A stretch of DNA of 64,000 bases from Chlamydiia bacterium. Its GTDB lineage: Bacteria; Chlamydiota; Chlamydiia; Chlamydiales; JAAKFR01. A model generated the notes under the pieces. The model worked only from the letters and a program-made list of their open reading frames with translations, did not search any database and had not been told where the DNA came from. Of this stretch, positions 17,454-28,266 are shown one piece after another. Each line of letters starts with the position of its first letter. Position 1 is the stretch's first letter. The stretch covers positions 22,806 to 86,805 of the forward strand of contig CAWHBB010000007.1 of NCBI GenBank assembly GCA_963827485.1, read 5' to 3'. The position numbers and the translations under genes were made by a program.

Positions 17454-19900
17454 ACTCAGGAGTGTGGTAGGTGACCTCGAAGGAGACCAGCTCATCGCCT
17501 ACCGCAACTTCGCTAAAGCCGGAAAGAAGAATGCCACACTCAAGGCCCTTCTTCACCTCTTTGACATCGTCCTTGACCCGCTTGAGAGAGGCAATAGTGC
17601 CCTTCCAGACCCTCTCGCCCGCTCTTTCGACCCGTATCGGCATATTTCTGGCAATGGTTCCATCGGTCACCATGCAGCCAGCAACAGTGCCCAGGGTGCT
17701 CACAGGGAAGATCGCTCTCACTTCAGCACGGCCGAGATCCTTCTCTTCAGGAATCTTATCGAGCATGTTTTTCATCAGCTCCTTCACATCGTCAACCGCG
17801 TGGTAGATGATGTCGTGCAGCCGGATCTGTACCCCTTTCTCTTTGGCCATAGAGCCTGCCTTGCTCTCCACCTGGGTGTGGAAGCCCATGACCACCGCAG
17901 AGGAGGCAGCAGCCAGCTCGATGTCAGACTCAGAGATCTCTCCAATTGCAGCAAAGAGAACGTCGACCTCGATTTTTTTCGATCTGATCTTCGCAAGAGA
18001 GCTCTTGAGCGCCTCAAGCGACCCCTGCACATCGGCTCGAAGCACCAGCTTGAACACCTTTTTCTCTTTTTTCTCAGCCTCGGCGCTCAAGCGATCGAGA
18101 AGAGGCGCCTTCTTCTGCATGAGCACCTGAGCCTTATGGCCCTCAGCACGCATCTCAGAGATCTCTCTTGCCTCCTTCTCGTTTTTGACCACGACAAAGA
18201 CATCGCCCGCTTTGGGCAGCCCCGAAAGGCCGGTGATTTCGACAGGAGAGGAAGGTCCCGCCTCTGTCAGCCGCTTGCCACGCTCATCTTGCATCGTCTT
18301 GATGCGGCCAAAGAGATGGTCGATGACAAGCGCATCGCCCAGTCTCAAAGTTCCGTTTTGGACCAGGATCGTTGCAACCGAGCCCATGCCCTTGTGCAGT
18401 TCAGACTCTAAAACAATCCCACGCGCCCTTGTGGTGGGGTTTGCGCGTAGCTCAAGAACTTCTGCCTGCATCGCTAGCATCTGAAGAAGCTCCGGTATGC
18501 CCTGGCCTGTCACCGCAGAGGTGTTGACAGTGATGGTCTGCCCTCCCCAAGCTTCGGGAAGAAGCTCGATCTCAGAGAGCTGCCGATAGACATTTTCTGC
18601 GTTGAAGTTGGGCTTATCGCATTTGTTGATCGCCACCATGATCGTCACCTGGGCGCTCTTGGCATGCTCGATAGCCTCTTTGGTCTGCTCGCGGATCCCT
18701 TCGTCACCTGCAATCACAAGCACCACAATATCAGTGACTTGAGCTCCTCTTGCTCTCATGAGCGAGAAGGCTTCGTGGCCCGGGGTGTCGAGCACGGTGA
18801 TATCGCCGACCGGCGTTGTGCAGCGGAAGGCGCCGATGTGCTGGGTGATCGCACCCGCCTCCTGGGAGGCCACATTGCTCTTTCGGATAGCATCGATCAG
18901 GCTGGTCTTGCCATGGTCGACGTGGCCCATGAAGGTGACAACGGGAGGTCTGAGAGAGATTCTCGCCCTCTGTTTTCGCAATCTCTTCGCGCACGCTCGC
19001 CTTGACGACGCTGATCTTGTCTTCTAGGGTGCGGTCGACGGTGATCTCACAGGCCAGCTCGGTTCCGATAAACTGGACCATCGTCTCGTCGTCGAGAAAG
19101 TCGTTCAAGGTGAGGGTAATGCCATGCAGAAAGAGCTTCTGGATGAGCTCTGAGGTCTTTCGCTTCATCTTTTCTGCAAGATCTTTGATGGTGATCGGCA
19201 GGCGCACCGAGATCTGGGTCGGTCTCGAGGAGATCTCCTCGACTTGCATGTAGCTCTTTTTCGCTCGCTTCTTTCTCCAGCGATCGTCCTCTTCTCCTGC
19301 ACCGTGCGGTCTGAGCGGTTTATCGGCCTTTGGCTTGAGGTCGCGGAACTCCCGAACTTTCTTCTTCTTCTTGTCAGCCTCGCTCTCTACAGGGGGCGCT
19401 GCCTTTGCAGGTGCGCTTGGAGGGGGTGTGGGTGAGGATCTGATCACAGGCGTACGGAAGCCAGGTCGTGGAGTAAAGGCCGGTCTTGCTGGGGGGGCCT
19501 TGGGCGCTGCGTGCGGTGTGGGAAGCGGGGAGAGAGGCGGCTTTTCCTCTTCGGCTTTCTCTTTCGCTGGAGCCTTTTCCTCTACGGCTGCCTTTGGAAT
19601 CTCCTCTTCGACAGGGGCGGGCTCCTCGACAGCTGCAGGCTCCTCTTTGCTTGCCTGGGCAGCCGCTTCGGCCAGCTTTTCCTCTTCAGTAAGAGGCTCA
19701 AAGGAGGAGCGCGATTTTGCTCGGATGCGGCGAGGCTGCTCTTCCTCAGGCAGGGCGGCAGCAGCTGGCTTCTTGGGAGGCTCTTTCTCTTTTTCCTTCT
19801 CCTTCTTAGGCTCCTTCTCCCCAGCGAGCTTTGCCTTCAGCTTCTCCAGATCGGCGCTCTTGCCGAGCTGGATTTTTTTAATATTGAAGTTCTTTGTCAA
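17449..19900 (-). CDS. infB: translation initiation factor IF-2, read as two overlapping ORFs by an apparent 1-nt frameshift near 18960..18975
   Basis: The 389-aa N-terminal ORF (18731..19900) has a K/E/P/A-rich N-domain and ends with [30 protein letters not shown]...[11 protein letters not shown]. The 510-aa C-terminal ORF (17449..18981, TTG-extended) starts at [24 protein letters not shown] and continues through the complete G domain and C-terminal domains. Deleting one nucleotide in the CTCTCTC tract gives ...[21 protein letters not shown]. Confidence 0.8.
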
Positions 19901-19903
19901 CGC

Positions 19904-21181
19904 TCAACCTTTCTTTTTTGTTCTGCAAGACTCCTCGAGAATACGGTAGGCCATCTCTAGGCTAATGCCAGGGACAGCCGCAATCTCAGCAGGAGAGGCC
20001 CGTAGAACCTTCCTCAGCGTATCAAAGCCGGCATGAACGAGGTTTTGGAGGATCAATTTATTGATGCCCTCGATCTGAAGAGGCTCATCGAGATCTGCAC
20101 TATCCGATTCGGAGAGCTCGTAGCGCTGGATTTCGAGCATCTTGTTGAACTCGCTCATGCGCTGCACCTCGAGCGCGTAGCCGATGAGCTCGGAGGTCAG
20201 TTTCGCATTGGATCCACGCTTGCCAATCACAGTCGCATAGTCGCCATCATCGACGACGATAGCGATGCTCTTCTCCTCTTCGTTGACAGCCACTTTGCGC
20301 ACCTCGATCGGGGAGAGGGCATTTTGCAGGAGCTGCATCGGATCGGGGCTGTAGGGAATGATGTCGATGCGCTCGTTGCCAAGCTCGCGGATGATATTCT
20401 TGACCCGGTTACCTCTCATGCCGACGCAGGCGCCCACCGGATCGACCTTCATATCGTTTGATCTCACGCACATCTTCGTGCGGTAGCCCGCCTCTCGTGC
20501 GATGGCAGCGATGGTCACGGTCCCATCTTCGATCTCAGGCACCTCTTGAGAGAAGAGCTGTTTGACAAAGTCGGGGTGGCTGCGCGAAAGAATCACCTCA
20601 GCGCCCCCATCTTCCATATCCTGTACGCCCTGGAGAAGGGCAAGAATCTTGTCGCCAAGCTTGTATTTTTCGGTCTTGGGGTAGTTGCGCGCAGGTAGGA
20701 GCGCCTCCACTTTGCCAAGGTCGACAACCAGGCTAACCCCTCGGACAAAGCGCTTGACCACACCCGATACGATCTCGCCAATTCTGTGGCGATACTCTTC
20801 GTGGATGACCTCGCGCTCAGCCATGCGGATGCGCTGAGAGATGATCTGGCGCGCAGTCTGGGCGGCGATGCGTCCGAAATTCTGAGGAGTGACAGGGACA
20901 TCGATGAACTGGCCGAGCTCGCAGTCGGGGTCGAGAGAGCGCGCCACTTTGAGATCGATCTCTTTGCCAGGCTGGTGGACCCCTTCGACGATTTTTTTCT
21001 CGCAGAAGACCTCTACGTTGCCTGTCTTGGGATGGATCTCAACGCTGACATTGGCATCTTCTCGGAGGCTCTTGCGAGCTGCTGCCTTGAGCGCCGTCTC
21101 GATGGCCTGGATCAGGGTCTCGCGTTTAATCCCCTTCTCCCGCTCCATGTACTCAAAAATAGCTATGAGATCTTTATTCAT
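19904..21181 (-). CDS. nusA: transcription termination/antitermination factor NusA
   Basis: 425 aa. It has the NusA N-terminal domain, S1 and KH domains and a C-terminal acidic repeat. Confidence 0.9.
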   Translation of the reverse strand: MNKDLIAIFEYMEREKGIKRETLIQAIETALKAAARKSLREDANVSVEIHPKTGNVEVFCEKKIVEGVHQPGKEIDLKVARSLDPDCELGQFIDVPVTPQNFGRIAAQTARQIISQRIRMAEREVIHEEYRHRIGEIVSGVVKRFVRGVSLVVDLGKVEALLPARNYPKTEKYKLGDKILALLQGVQDMEDGGAEVILSRSHPDFVKQLFSQEVPEIEDGTVTIAAIAREAGYRTKMCVRSNDMKVDPVGACVGMRGNRVKNIIRELGNERIDIIPYSPDPMQLLQNALSPIEVRKVAVNEEEKSIAIVVDDGDYATVIGKRGSNAKLTSELIGYALEVQRMSEFNKMLEIQRYELSESDSADLDEPLQIEGINKLILQNLVHAGFDTLRKVLRASPAEIAAVPGISLEMAYRILEESCRTKKKG

Positions 21182-21281
21182 CTAATTCTCCTCGAGGGGC
21201 CAATCGGTATGCTCAACTGCCCAGCATTTTATCTTCTTTGAAGTCTATCGATAGAGAAGCTTCCCCGCTCGATAGAGTTTT

Positions 21282-23054
21282 TTAAGCCTTCTCTTTCACC
21301 TTGGTTCGCTTAGAGGCGCGCTTCTTGCTCGAAGGCTCTTCGTCCTCTTCGCCTTCCCCGTGCTCCTCTTTGCTCGCTACCACGATGTCGTCTCGATTGA
21401 TATCATCGCGTTCGATGAGATACTCCTTGATGGAGAGGGCAACCTTTTTGTGCTCAGGGTCGATTTTGATGACCTTGGCAGTCACCGCATCGCCCACCGA
21501 AATCACATCCTCGACCTTGCCGAAGGCGCGGTCGGAAAGCTCGGTGACGTGGATCAGAGCCTCAATCCCATTTTCTAGCTCGACGAAGGCGCCAAAGGCG
21601 GTGATCTTCGACACTTTGCCTTTGACAAGCATGCCGATCGGCATCGTCTTCTCCATCGATTCCCAAGGATTGGTGCTCAGCTGTTTCACGCCGAGTGAAA
21701 TCTTCTTGCTCTCTTTGTCTATCGAAAGGATCACCGCATCGACCATATCCCCCTTCGTGAATACCTCTGAAGGGTGGGAGACCTTCTTGATCCAGCTCAG
21801 GTCGGAGATGTGGATGAGTCCTTCGATTCCAGGCTCGATCTCGACAAAGGCGCCGTAGTTGGTGAGGCTTCTGATCTCGGCTCTCACGCTGCTGTTGACC
21901 GGATGGCGCTCTTCGATGTTGTCCCAAGGATTGGATTCCATCTGCTTGAGGCCCAGGGAGATCTTCCCTTCATCTTTCTGCACGCCGAGGACGATCGCCT
22001 CCACCTCTTGACCCTTGCTGACGATCTCGCTTGGATCGGAGATATTTTTGGTCCAAGACATCTCAGAGACGTGGATGAGCCCTTCAATGCCAGGCTCGAG
22101 CTCCATGAAGCAGCCGTAGGGCAGCAGTTTGGTGACCTTGCCGCGCACGCGGGTGCCTGAGGGGTATCTTTTCTCGATCTCTTCCCATGGATTGTGCTCT
22201 TTCTGTTTCAGACCAAGAGCGACGCGCCCCTTCTCTTTGTCGATGCTGAGGATCATCACTTCGAGCTCTTGACCGATCTGGACCATCTCCGAAGGATGCT
22301 TGATGCGCTTCCAGGTCATGTCGGTGATGTGCAGGAGGCCATCGATGCCATCGAGATCCAAGAAGACGCCAAAGTCGGTGATATTCTTGACGACGCCGCG
22401 GCGAATATCGCCCTGAGAGATCGTGTCGAGGATCTCTGCTTTCTTGGAGATCCGCTCCGCTTCGAGAAGCTCTCTGCGCGATACGACCACATTCTTGCGC
22501 TCTTCATTGATCTTGAGAATCTTAAAGTCGCAGACCACGCCGAGGTAGTCGTCTAGGTTTTTGATGCGTTTGTTGTCGATCTGCGAGCCGGGCAAAAAGG
22601 CCTCGACGCCGATATCGACCATCAGACCACCCTTCACTTTGCGGATGATCTTGCCCTCGACGACGCTGCCCTCTTCGCAGTGCTCGACGATGAACTCCCA
22701 CTGGCGCTGGCGGTCGGCTTTTTCTTTGGAGAGCACGATCTGGCCGTGCTCATCCTCGGGCTGGTCTAGATAGACTTCGATCTCTTTGCCGAGCTCGAGC
22801 TCTTCGGGGTCGCGGAATTCGTCGATCGGCACTAGGCCCTCGGACTTCAGCCCTACATCGACTACCGCATAATCCTTGGTGACCTCAACGACGGTGCCGC
22901 GCAGGATAGCACCTGGAGCCACCTCCAATCGCTTCTCTTCTTTTTTCGCTCCATGAAGCAGGTGACGGAAGGCCTCAGCATCTGATTCGCGAAATTCAAT
23001 ATCGTCAAGGAAATTTTTATTTTCCCAGGTATATTGTTGGTCGAGTTTGCCCAT
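21282..23054 (-). CDS. rpsA: 30S ribosomal protein S1 (six S1 domains)
   Basis: 590 aa with repeated S1 motifs (GxVxxIxxFGAFVxL) x6. Confidence 0.9.
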   Translation of the reverse strand: MGKLDQQYTWENKNFLDDIEFRESDAEAFRHLLHGAKKEEKRLEVAPGAILRGTVVEVTKDYAVVDVGLKSEGLVPIDEFRDPEELELGKEIEVYLDQPEDEHGQIVLSKEKADRQRQWEFIVEHCEEGSVVEGKIIRKVKGGLMVDIGVEAFLPGSQIDNKRIKNLDDYLGVVCDFKILKINEERKNVVVSRRELLEAERISKKAEILDTISQGDIRRGVVKNITDFGVFLDLDGIDGLLHITDMTWKRIKHPSEMVQIGQELEVMILSIDKEKGRVALGLKQKEHNPWEEIEKRYPSGTRVRGKVTKLLPYGCFMELEPGIEGLIHVSEMSWTKNISDPSEIVSKGQEVEAIVLGVQKDEGKISLGLKQMESNPWDNIEERHPVNSSVRAEIRSLTNYGAFVEIEPGIEGLIHISDLSWIKKVSHPSEVFTKGDMVDAVILSIDKESKKISLGVKQLSTNPWESMEKTMPIGMLVKGKVSKITAFGAFVELENGIEALIHVTELSDRAFGKVEDVISVGDAVTAKVIKIDPEHKKVALSIKEYLIERDDINRDDIVVASKEEHGEGEEDEEPSSKKRASKRTKVKEKA

Positions 23055-23129
23055 TAAAAATTCTCCTAAAAACTCATCTGCAAAACAGAGAGTCTAATCC
23101 CCTGCATAAAAAAAGACAAGAGAAAGCAC

Positions 23130-25019
23130 CTAGTAGCGGCCCTTTTTCCCTGTTAGGTGATGGTAGTGGACGATCACAGGGCAACTCGCTCGGTTGATGA
23201 TCCGCTCTATAAAGTGAAAACTTTCTTTTGATGGAGGCGATATATCGCGCCCCGGCCAGCCGATGACGATGAGGTCGATCCGATGTTCTTTGGCAAAGTC
23301 GAGCAAGGTTTTTGAAAAATCCCTTCCGCGCACAAGCTCGATATGGCTCTTGATCTCTCCTTCTCGCAAAAGGGCCTCAGCCTGGTCGAGCAGCGCTAGA
23401 GCGATTGCGCTCCGTTTGGGCAGCGATGCATCGAGAGGGACCGCCACAGGGACCTCCATGAAATAGATGGCGGTCAGGCGAGATGAGTGCTTCTTGGCTG
23501 CATCGATGGCGTAGCTCAGGGTCTCTCGATCGCTCGGTTTCTGGAAAGCGACCAAGATATGTTTGGGGGGCTTTTCTCCCAGCTTGGGAATTTCGACCTT
23601 CTGGATCTGGAGCGAGGCCATGGGTTGAATGCCCATTTTTTTTCGATAGATCCAGAAAGCCAGGATGCCGAGAGCCATCCATACGATGCCGAGATATCTA
23701 GCGTGCGGTTTGGTGATGACGACGAGAAACCAGACCGCAAGGCTTGCCACAAGCCCTATGAGGGCTGTGATGGGAATCGAGCGGCCCCTCCAAGGCAGGC
23801 CAAAGCCCACTCTAAAGGGTCTTTTTTTCTGGGGCTGCTTCAATCGAAGGGCGATGAGGGAGAGGTTGGTGAAAAAGAAGGCGATCATCACCCCAAAGTT
23901 ATAGAGATCGGCGAGGAATTCGAGGCGGCCCCGGCTCAAAAGCACGAGAAGGATGCTCAAAGCCATGAAGATCGCAAGCGGTACGTAGGGGGTTCTGAAG
24001 CGGGGGTGGAGTTTGAAGAAGAAGCGGGGCAGCTGGTAATACTCCCCCATATTAAAAGAAAGTCTTGACGCTCCAAGGAGACCAGAATCGGCGGCGACGA
24101 AGAGGATAATTCCGGCGAAGAGCCCCACCCAGGTGCCGAGGTAGGGTCCGACGACAGGCAGAGCTGCCGCTACCCCTGCGATCGGGTCATCGCGGTAGGT
24201 GGTTCCAATGGTCTCGGGGGCGAGAACCGAGAAGGCGACGAGCGCGAGGCCCAGGTAGAGAAAGAGGAGGAAGAAGATGTTGAGCAAGAATGCGCGCGGA
24301 AGGCTTTTGCCAGGGTTTTTGGCCTCTGCACCTAGCTGTGAGATCGATTCGATTCCGGTATAGGCCACCATGGCCATCGCCGTGCCCTTGATGAAATTGC
24401 CTGTGGATGCCGACCAGCTCTCCGAGAGGTTGAGGCGCAAATGCTCGATGACCGTCGGGAGGTGAACCACGGTGATGAAACCGAGCAGGATGATGGCAAA
24501 TTGGGTCAAGATGGCGATCACGGTCAGGACAAGGCTTGTCTGGGTCGATTTGCGCACGCCGAAGAAGTTGAGCAAGAAGAGCAGGATGATGAGGGCGGCG
24601 GTTGTGCTGAGATGGGTCGTGGGATCCTTGAGAGGGGGAAATAGGAAGCTCAAGTAGGGGGAGATCGAAAAGGCCGAGATCGAGATCGTCACGATGTAGT
24701 CGAGGATAAGGCCCCAGCCTGCAATAAAGGAGACGAGATCGTTGAAGGCGTGTCTCGAGAAGCTAGCTGAGCCGCCCGATTCGGGGTACATGCTAGAGAG
24801 CTCTGCATAGCTCAGAGAGGTGCAGAGGAAGACGAAGCCGGCGATTGCAAGCGAAAGCGGGGTGGCGCCGAGGGCAAAAAAGGCGGTGATTCCGAGTGCA
24901 TAGTAGATGGAGGAGCCCACATCGCCGTAGCCGACGGCGAAGAGCTCTGAGGTGGAGAGCACCCGCTTGACCGACGTTCTGTAGAGCTGAGCTATGCGTG
25001 AGCTGTTTTCTTGCATCAC
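23130..25019 (-). CDS. APC-family amino acid permease fused to C-terminal universal stress protein (UspA) domain
   Basis: 629 aa with ~12 TM helices and APC hallmarks (FAVGYGDVGSSIYYALG). The C-terminal ~150 aa form a USP-like fold (KHILVAFQKPSD...IDLIVIGWPGR...). Confidence 0.8.
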   Translation of the reverse strand: MMQENSSRIAQLYRTSVKRVLSTSELFAVGYGDVGSSIYYALGITAFFALGATPLSLAIAGFVFLCTSLSYAELSSMYPESGGSASFSRHAFNDLVSFIAGWGLILDYIVTISISAFSISPYLSFLFPPLKDPTTHLSTTAALIILLFLLNFFGVRKSTQTSLVLTVIAILTQFAIILLGFITVVHLPTVIEHLRLNLSESWSASTGNFIKGTAMAMVAYTGIESISQLGAEAKNPGKSLPRAFLLNIFFLLFLYLGLALVAFSVLAPETIGTTYRDDPIAGVAAALPVVGPYLGTWVGLFAGIILFVAADSGLLGASRLSFNMGEYYQLPRFFFKLHPRFRTPYVPLAIFMALSILLVLLSRGRLEFLADLYNFGVMIAFFFTNLSLIALRLKQPQKKRPFRVGFGLPWRGRSIPITALIGLVASLAVWFLVVITKPHARYLGIVWMALGILAFWIYRKKMGIQPMASLQIQKVEIPKLGEKPPKHILVAFQKPSDRETLSYAIDAAKKHSSRLTAIYFMEVPVAVPLDASLPKRSAIALALLDQAEALLREGEIKSHIELVRGRDFSKTLLDFAKEHRIDLIVIGWPGRDISPPSKESFHFIERIINRASCPVIVHYHHLTGKKGRY

Positions 25020-25681
25020 TTGCGGACATAGTAGCTGACGGCGCGGAATCTTCCGAATTCATCGCGCATGAGTGCAAGCTCCTCGCGCCCTTTGTTCGAT
25101 CCGGCAAATTGGGTGTCGTAGCGCAGGAGCACGAAATAGCCTCTCGTGCCATGGGGAAGCCGATCTTGGATCTGCTGGCCGGTAGCTTTGCGCGAGCGAA
25201 CGTTGCCGAGAGGCCGGCGCGTCTTGTACATCGCACCGATCCACTGGTCCTCAGTGACGCAATCTTTGAGCAGAGGGCCTGCATCTTGCCATGCCGGGCC
25301 ATATTGGTTCTGGTCGATGAGGTTGAGGAAGTGGGAGGCCTCGCTCAGCGCATCGGAATAGACAGGGGAGGTGCTGCCTCCTTGCGTATCGTAGGGGTTG
25401 AGGTTGCGCTCAGGAGGGCCGTTGAGAAAAATATTCTCGCTCTCTGCACCCGAAGGATTGGCTCTACCGCTCGGTGCTGAGGAGAGGTATTGATCCTCGA
25501 TGGGGACAAAGGGATTGGGTCTATCTGGAGTGATGAGGGGACCTTGAGGGGCCGCCCTTCCAGGCATGGTGAAGTCTACGTCTTGAGCTGTTTGAGCCCA
25601 AAGGCAAACTGGGGCTGCGAATAGAAGGAGAGTCAGGTAGAAAAGGGATCGCATAAACACACTTGCTAAAAACAAACTCAA
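25016..25681 (-). CDS. hypothetical secreted protein
   Basis: 221 aa with a signal peptide (MRSLFYLTLLLFAAPVCLWAQ). The start may be at 25654. It overlaps the upstream permease gene by 4 bp. Confidence 0.45.
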   Translation of the reverse strand: MSLFLASVFMRSLFYLTLLLFAAPVCLWAQTAQDVDFTMPGRAAPQGPLITPDRPNPFVPIEDQYLSSAPSGRANPSGAESENIFLNGPPERNLNPYDTQGGSTSPVYSDALSEASHFLNLIDQNQYGPAWQDAGPLLKDCVTEDQWIGAMYKTRRPLGNVRSRKATGQQIQDRLPHGTRGYFVLLRYDTQFAGSNKGREELALMRDEFGRFRAVSYYVRK

Positions 25682-25766
25682 CAGTTACTGTATCACGGTG
25701 ATTTTGTGCTGAAGTTAGACGAAAGGGGCTGTAAGCGCAATAGATTTTTGAATGGGATTATTTAGC

Positions 25767-25839
25767 GGGGACTTAGCTCAGTTGGTAGAGCATCTGATTT
25801 GCAATCAGAGGGTCAGGAGTTCGAATCTCCTAGTCTCCA
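25767..25839 (+). tRNA. tRNA-Ala (anticodon TGC)
   Basis: Cloverleaf folded by hand: acceptor GGGGACT/AGTCTCC with G3:U70, D-arm GCTC-AGTTGGTA-GAGC, anticodon loop TTTGCAA, T-arm AGGAG-TTCGAAT-CTCCT, 73 nt. Confidence 0.85.
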
Positions 25840-25876
25840 TAGTGCAGCTGCAAAGGCAGCTATTCTCGAAACGCCC

Positions 25877-25950
25877 GCGGTTATAGCTCAGTTGGTTAGA
25901 GCGCGACACTGATAATGTCGAGGTCCCAAGTTCGAATCTTGGTAACCGCA
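25877..25950 (+). tRNA. tRNA-Ile (anticodon GAT)
   Basis: Cloverleaf folded by hand: acceptor GCGGTTA/TAACCGC, anticodon stem CGACA/TGTCG with loop CTGATAA, T-arm CCAAG-TTCGAAT-CTTGG, 74 nt. Confidence 0.85.
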
Positions 25951-25966
25951 AATCTTTGTTTCATTT

Positions 25967-26578
25967 ATGGGAGCTTTCTACTTACCTCTTCTGAAGGGCT
26001 GTTTGACTGGAGCCGGTCTAATCATAGCCATCGGCGCTCAGAACGCCTTTGTTCTCAAGCAGGGGTTGATGAAGAATCGCGTTTTCCTCACCGCCCTCTT
26101 TTGCGCCCTTGTCGACATCCTCCTGATTGCCCTGGGGGCCATGGGTCTCGGCGCCTTCATCACCAGCCACACCGCTCTGCTCGCAGTCGCCAAATGGGGA
26201 GGCGCCGGTTTCCTCTTCTGGTATGGGCTGCGCTCTTTTCGCTCGGTTTTTAGCAACCAAACCCTCGAATGTGTAGGAGAGATGCGTCCACCTTCGCTGA
26301 AAGAGACGATCGTGACGCTTGCGGCCATCAGCTTCCTCAATCCCCACGTCTACTTGGATACGGTGGTGCTGCTCGGTACGATTGGGGCGCAGTTTGAAGC
26401 GAGCCAAAGGCCTCTATTTGCCTATGGTGCCATGCTAGCTTCGCTTTTTTGGTTCTTCGGACTCTGTTATGGAGCGCGGCTCTTGCGACCTTTCTTTGAA
26501 AATCCAAAGTCGTGGAAGCTGCTCGAATTTGCCATCGGCTGCATCATGTGGTTCATCGCCATTACGCTGTTGGTCTGA
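25967..26578 (+). CDS. LysE/ArgO-family amino acid exporter
   Basis: 203 aa with six TM segments. The N-terminus (LLKGCLTGAGLIIAIGAQNAFVLKQG) is typical of LysE-type translocators. Confidence 0.8.
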   Translation: MGAFYLPLLKGCLTGAGLIIAIGAQNAFVLKQGLMKNRVFLTALFCALVDILLIALGAMGLGAFITSHTALLAVAKWGGAGFLFWYGLRSFRSVFSNQTLECVGEMRPPSLKETIVTLAAISFLNPHVYLDTVVLLGTIGAQFEASQRPLFAYGAMLASLFWFFGLCYGARLLRPFFENPKSWKLLEFAIGCIMWFIAITLLV

Positions 26579-26581
26579 CGA

Positions 26582-27513
26582 TGGGAAAATTGCGTTTAAA
26601 AAAATATTTACCATGGGTACTCCCTCCGCTCATCTTTGCCACTCTCTTGGGCGCATTTCTTTGGAGCACGAAAGAGGATTTCGATCCGAAGAGATTGGCT
26701 AAGGCTCAGATTCATCAAGAGGGGAGCGCGCTTCCGGCCGATGAGATTTTAAATCAGCCCTTCACCTACCTGGCTAAGGGATGCCAGAGCTACGCCTTTG
26801 TGAGTGCCGATCAGAGATATGTGCTCAAGTTTTTGAAAAGCCGCCATTTCTCTCCTTCGAAATTGACCCATTGGAGCTGGCTTCCGGGGATCTTTCAGAG
26901 ATGGGTTGCGAAGAGCAATGCGCGTCATCGAAAGAAATTGGACCAGATCTCGATGAGTTTTCTCGTTGCCTTCAACTCTGCTCGAGAGGAGACAGGGGTG
27001 GAGCTCGTGCATTTGGGATGCGGCGGCGATAAGAGAAGAGAGATCGCGCTTATCGATCTACAAAATCGCATCCACCCCATCGTGCTCGATGACTACATCT
27101 TCTTCCTGCAGAGGAAAGCGATTGCTCTGGAGGGGATTCTAGATGAGATACGATCGGGCTCGAGTGCGTGGCAGATGAAGCTCTGTTTAAAGGCGGTCAT
27201 CGCTCTGACAAAAGAGAGGTGCAAAAAAGGGGTTGGCGATGGCGATTCAGCTGTGGTGCAAAATACAGCGATCTGGCCCACGCGCACTCCTGAGGGCGAT
27301 TATAGAGCTCTCTTTATCGATGTGGGGCAGTTCTTCGAAGATCCTTCGCTCAAAGAAAAGGAGGCGATCCAGAGGGAGGTCACCTTCCGCATGCATTCGA
27401 TTTTCTGCTGGATAAAAGATCAGGCGCCCGAGCTCATGAGTTCATTCAAAGAGGCTCTTCGAGAGCTCGAGATCAGCACTGCAGGCCCTGAGTGGGATTT
27501 CGACATCGTTTAG
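26582..27513 (+). CDS. membrane-anchored hypothetical protein, possible atypical kinase-like fold
   Basis: The ATG at 26582 gives MGKLRLKKYLPWVLPPLIFATLLGAFLW (signal anchor). It has a Gly-rich-loop-like AKGCQSYAFV, a Lys-containing RYVLKFLK, and a later IDVGQF (DxG-like) motif. The fold assignment is tentative. Confidence 0.4.
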
Positions 27514-28266
27514 AAAAGAGATGAAAAAAGTGGCAGACTTGCAAGAAATAGGCGCCTCTATTCCCTCTCTTTCTAGATAGCCTCTCATCAGAGCTGCGAG
27601 ATTCTCAAGCTCGTGGCTCTCGAAATCGCCCAGCGCCAAGACCATTTCGAGGATCTGAACGACACCGGTGAGGTATTCTCTATGTGTGCGCTCCTCCTCA
27701 TCCTCTAGCTCATCGAAACTGCCGAGATCGATAAGTGTGAGCTCTCCCTCGCGATCGATGAGGAGGTTGGAGCTGTAAAGATCGTTGTGGATTAGGGAGT
27801 AGCTAAAGGCCAGTTTCAGGGCATCGATAAGCCCGAGAGCACTGTGTAAAGCCTCTTTCTTCTCTAGATATCTGAGAGGCGTCTCTCTCAAGGTTTTCCC
27901 CTCGATGTAGGGCATTATGAGATAGGTGTGGAGCCTCCCTTCCTCGATATCGTTGAAGATCGACTCGATTTTTAAGATGCGCGGATGGTCGAGCATCTGT
28001 CCCACACCATATTCTCCAGCGGCGATGAGCGAAGTTCCATCGGGGGCAAAAAGTCGATCCAGCATCTCCTCTGGCACCTTTAAAGCAACCTCTTCTCTGC
28101 TGTACGACCTCTTGATCGCTTTGAGCTCGCCGAGCTCGTCTTGCGCAAGGAAAACCTCGGCTTGATCACCTCTTCCAATCTGAGAGAGGATCTCATATTG
28201 CGATAGCGAATGGGCAAGGAGAGTGGAGGAGAAGAACCAAATTGAAAGTAACTGTTTGAGTATCAT
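27442..28266 (-). CDS. secreted eukaryotic-type Ser/Thr protein kinase
   Basis: 274 aa with a signal peptide, a Gly-rich loop (IGRGDQAEVF), LKAIKR (VAIK-like), HNDLYSSNLLID (HRDLxxxN-like catalytic loop) and IDLGSF (DFG-like). Confidence 0.7.
   Translation of the reverse strand: MILKQLLSIWFFSSTLLAHSLSQYEILSQIGRGDQAEVFLAQDELGELKAIKRSYSREEVALKVPEEMLDRLFAPDGTSLIAAGEYGVGQMLDHPRILKIESIFNDIEEGRLHTYLIMPYIEGKTLRETPLRYLEKKEALHSALGLIDALKLAFSYSLIHNDLYSSNLLIDREGELTLIDLGSFDELEDEEERTHREYLTGVVQILEMVLALGDFESHELENLAALMRGYLEREGIEAPISCKSATFFISFLNDVEIPLRACSADLELSKSLFE

Noticed and set aside
19335-19960. Two ORFs (204 and 149 aa) antisense to the infB N-terminal region
   Set aside because: They arise from the low-complexity GC-rich K/E/P/A-coding region of IF-2, which is typical shadow-ORF territory.
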